From Moniliella sp. 'wahieum' (Eukaryota): a stretch of 64,000 nt of DNA. The notes beneath the pieces are model-generated. The model was given only the letters and a program-made list of their open reading frames with translations. It searched no databases and was not told where the DNA came from. This document shows positions 60,707 through 64,000 of the stretch, piece after piece. Numbering within the stretch: position 1 is the first letter of the stretch; each line of letters begins with the position of its first letter. Where the stretch lies: positions 1 through 64,000 of the forward strand of contig RSEE01000057.1 in assembly GCA_003971905.1 (NCBI GenBank). The letters are read 5' to 3'. The translations under genes and the position numbers were made by a program.

Positions 60707-63700
60707 GAACTCGCGGGCAACCAGGACATCCAGTCTCGTCACGACTCGGGCGCGGATCCTAGCATCTGGAAGGATCTCAGGGTATTCAAAACCCTCAAGC
60801 CCAGCAACCGCTCAATCGAAATCGCTGATGGAAAACATATTAAAGCCAGTGGACGCGGAACATGTAGCATCGGTATCAAGTGTACCGACGGCAAATGTAT
60901 CCATGTAGACCTACCCGGCAGTCTATACGTCCCCGGCATAGCAAGCAATCTCACGAGCGTAGCGCAAATAAGTGACGCAGGCCACGCATCCTGGTTCGCC
61001 CCCCACCGAAAAGGTATCTGGTTAAATGACAAGCATGGCAAATATCACCAAATCGCGGATTCCTCATACAAGCTGAACATCGTCCCGAAACCGACACCCA
61101 CAAACGAACACGCGGCCAAAGCTGCCGTCGCCACCCAACACACCGCAGCCAACACCATCGAGCACGTCATGTACGTTCACCAACAGTACAACCACGCCGC
61201 GCTAGACCTACTCCCGACACTAACCGCCAACGCGCGAGCGAGCCTCCGCGTCAGCCCTGCCCAAATCCGACGCATCCGCCCCTTCTGGCATTGTCCCACC
61301 TGCACAAAAGCTCTGGCCAAAGCGCCCAGCCACCCTTCGCGCCACGGCCGCCGCATTTCGGAACGTCCTTTCGAAGTACTGCACGCCGACGTAGTCGACC
61401 TCCCTCGCATCACTGGCATGGGACATGGATACGCCCTGGTCGCGGTTGATGACTGGAGCCGTTACACCTTCGCTGTTCCCCTAAAGACGAAAGGACAAGC
61501 CACGGCGGAGCTGAAAAAACTCATCACCCGCGAGCAACGCATCGGAAAGGACCGTCTGCTTCGCATCTTGAAGACAGACAATGCCCCCGAGCTCACCAGC
61601 GCACTCCGTCCGTTCCTTGAATCCGAAGGTATCACGACGGAAACCACCATACCAGGCCAAAGTCAATCAAATGGGGTGGCCGAGCGAGCCATCCAGGCAA
61701 TCACCACACGCGCGCGCCAACTCATCATCGCCTCGGGCCTCCCGACATCAAACTGGTGGCAGGATGCCTTGCTGGCAGGGTGCTGGACGCACAACCTCAT
61801 GCCACCGACATCTCCACGCCAGGGCACACAATCTCGGGCTGAGCTGTACAAGGGGTCACCCCCACCGCTGCCAATGCACGCCTTCGGATCCTTGGCGTAC
61901 CTTCACCTGGCCCAGGACCAACGTGACCATAAGCTCAGTCCGCGGGCTGTCGAAGCCATGCTCGTCGGGTACGACGCAGGTCGAGGTACAAAGGGTTGGC
62001 GCTGGGCTGTGTACGACCCGTCCATGGGCACGTTCCGATCCCAATGGGCAAAACCATACAAGTGGACCCAGCGCCAATACCACGAGGTTTTCCCCGACCG
62101 CTTTCCGCCTGACGTATCTCGCTTCCCCGCTCAACCCCTGCCTGACAGAACTATGACTGACACTGAAACCAAAAAGGGAGAAGAAAAAATGAACAAAATT
62201 GAAGTTGCAAATCCCAACACACCACCGAGAATCAACACTGATACTGACGCGACCATCGCAAGACAAAACGACACCCATCCAACCACCCCCACCACCAGAC
62301 GGTACCCCGCCCGGACCCACCAGCGCCGTTTTGACCTTGACTGGGCACAGCTCCCCGTAGCGGACGACCCTCATGATGGTGACTTCCACGCACACGCTGC
62401 CGCGCTGCCTCCGGTTCCCCTCCCTGACGGTAGTCGTAGTCCTGCGATCGGCCTACGCTTCCCACTGCCCGACACTGCCCTGCCCGCGTACAGCGACGGT
62501 CTCCATCCGCCTGAATACAAGGCGATGATCGCCCTTAGCGAGCCAGGGCCGCACGAGCGCATCCAGCTCACCAAGGACGGAGTACCTGTTGCACCCAAGA
62601 CAATGAAGGGCCTCCAATCACACCCCTCATTCGAACCAGTGCTGGAGGCGATGCGCACGGAAATCGACACCCTAGCCCGCTACGGCACATTCGAAGTCGT
62701 CACGCCCCCTCCAGACGCGCAGCTGCTGATTGGTCTGTGGCGCATCAACACCAAAACGGACGCGGACGGAAATTTCCTACGCTACCGAGCCCGTCTCGTT
62801 GCCGGGGGCCACCAGCAGGATGCTGACACATGGGGACAAACATTCGCCCCTGCCGTGCGCACTCCTGCCATCCTCAGCCTTATCGCCCTTGCTGGAAAGT
62901 TCGGCCTCCACCTCTTCACTGCTGATGTGCACTCTGCCTATTTGAACGCTCCCCTCACGGAAAAAGTGTACCTCCGCCCACCCCCATTCTTTCCCGAGGA
63001 AAAAGGCAAGGTCTGGCGTCTCCGGAAAAGCCTATATGGCCTCCACCAATCCGGCGCAAACTGGGCGGTATTCATCCGTGACTTGCTCCGCGGAGACATG
63101 GGTTTTGTACAATCTCTGGCTGAGCCGTGCTTGTTCATCCGACCCCGTAAAGGCGACACGGTCCTCCTTGCCGTGCACACCGACGATCTTCTCATCGCCT
63201 GCACGTCTCACGCACGCTACGATTCCTTCCTCACTGAGATCAACACCCATATCGAGGTGCGAGGGGCGGGAAACGGCCCCCTACACTACCATCTTGGCTG
63301 CCAGTACGACACCATAAACGGGAAACTGTACCTTAGCCAGCCAAAATTCATTGAGGAATCCATTGCCAAACATGAGGTTCCGCCACCCCTGGTTATGGGC
63401 CTCCCCCACCCCAGCAAGATGATCCCCGCGCGCACCGACCCCGAACCGCCCGCACTGCCCGCCGAGAGACGCGACTACCAAGCCAAAGTAGGATCTGGGC
63501 TGTGGGCTGCCCGCATGTGCCGCCCTGATGCGCTGTTCGGCATCTCAGCTCTAAGCCGAGCAACTGCCGATCCCTCCAAGGCCCACCGCGCTGCGGCAAC
63601 AAACTTCCTCCGCTACCTCTACGGTACCAAGGGCTACGGTCTCCGACTAACACCCGAGCCTGACGCACCCGCTCTCGCGCTATACACGGATGCCGACCTG

Positions 63701-64000
63701 GCTGGAGACCCTGACCAATGGCGTTCCACGTCGGGATGCCTGCTTTTCGTCTACGGGGTTCCAGTGTCCTGGAGGAGCGTGCGTCAACCCAAGAGCGTCA
63801 CCAACACTGCTGCGGCCGAATATACGGCGGGATATGAGGGCCTCATTGATGCGAACTACGTTAAAAACATCTTACTGGAGCTCGGTGCCATCACCTCAGA
63901 CGAGCCCATACACTGGTACTGCGACAACATGGCGGCACTTGCCTTGGCCGAAAAAGTGGGCAGCACGGGCAAACTACGTGAGCTGAACATCCGGTACCAC
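60707..64000 (+). CDS. pol: Pol of copia family C, in frame after the gag UAG and running to the window end
   Basis: ELAGNQDIQSRHDSGADPSIWKD protease; H..H..CPTC and LHADVVD..KTDNAPE..NGVAERAI integrase; RKSLYGLHQSG..HTDD RT; YTDADLAGD RNase H. First and last codons share the same frame. Confidence 0.93.

Larger units (their letters stand above)
59118..64000 (+). mobile_element. Ty1/copia LTR retrotransposon, family C (3' end outside the window)
   Basis: Putative 5' LTR TGTTGAC..GTGACA at 59118-59328, then gag and a pol that aligns motif by motif with family B pol. Confidence 0.95.

Overview
Left end of a GC-rich fungal chromosome, probably basidiomycete and perhaps Ustilaginomycotina (inferred from CCCTAA telomere repeats, sparse GTACGT..CTGAC..YAG introns and gene content). 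The telomere is fused directly into the RT region of a truncated Ty1/copia element. About 16 host genes follow: a GPI-anchored Ser/His-rich protein, FAP7/AK6, RPL20, SEN15, a flavoprotein fumarate reductase, a C2H2 protein, a DFR/Gre2-like reductase, a fatty-acid hydroxylase, a PPR protein, RAE1/GLE2, an ADIP-like and an FDF/Edc3-like protein, a nitronate monooxygenase, a tandem-UBL protein and several low-complexity proteins. Two further copia elements are present: a full-length one with identical 160-bp LTRs (23148-28206) and one running off the right end (from 59118). Nearly every gene carries small indels, consistent with an unpolished long-read assembly, so many gene ends are approximate. 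Three signals stand out. (1) Both elements with an intact 5' half separate gag and pol by an in-frame UAG in a conserved context, TAG GAA CTC G(G/C)G GGC, implying programmed stop-codon readthrough. (2) Both have a non-TGG primer-binding site (GAGYTACA..) that fits a cleaved tRNA fragment. (3) Intergenic DNA repeatedly carries 7-bp-period arrays built from many different A-N4-T palindromic hexamers plus one spacer base.
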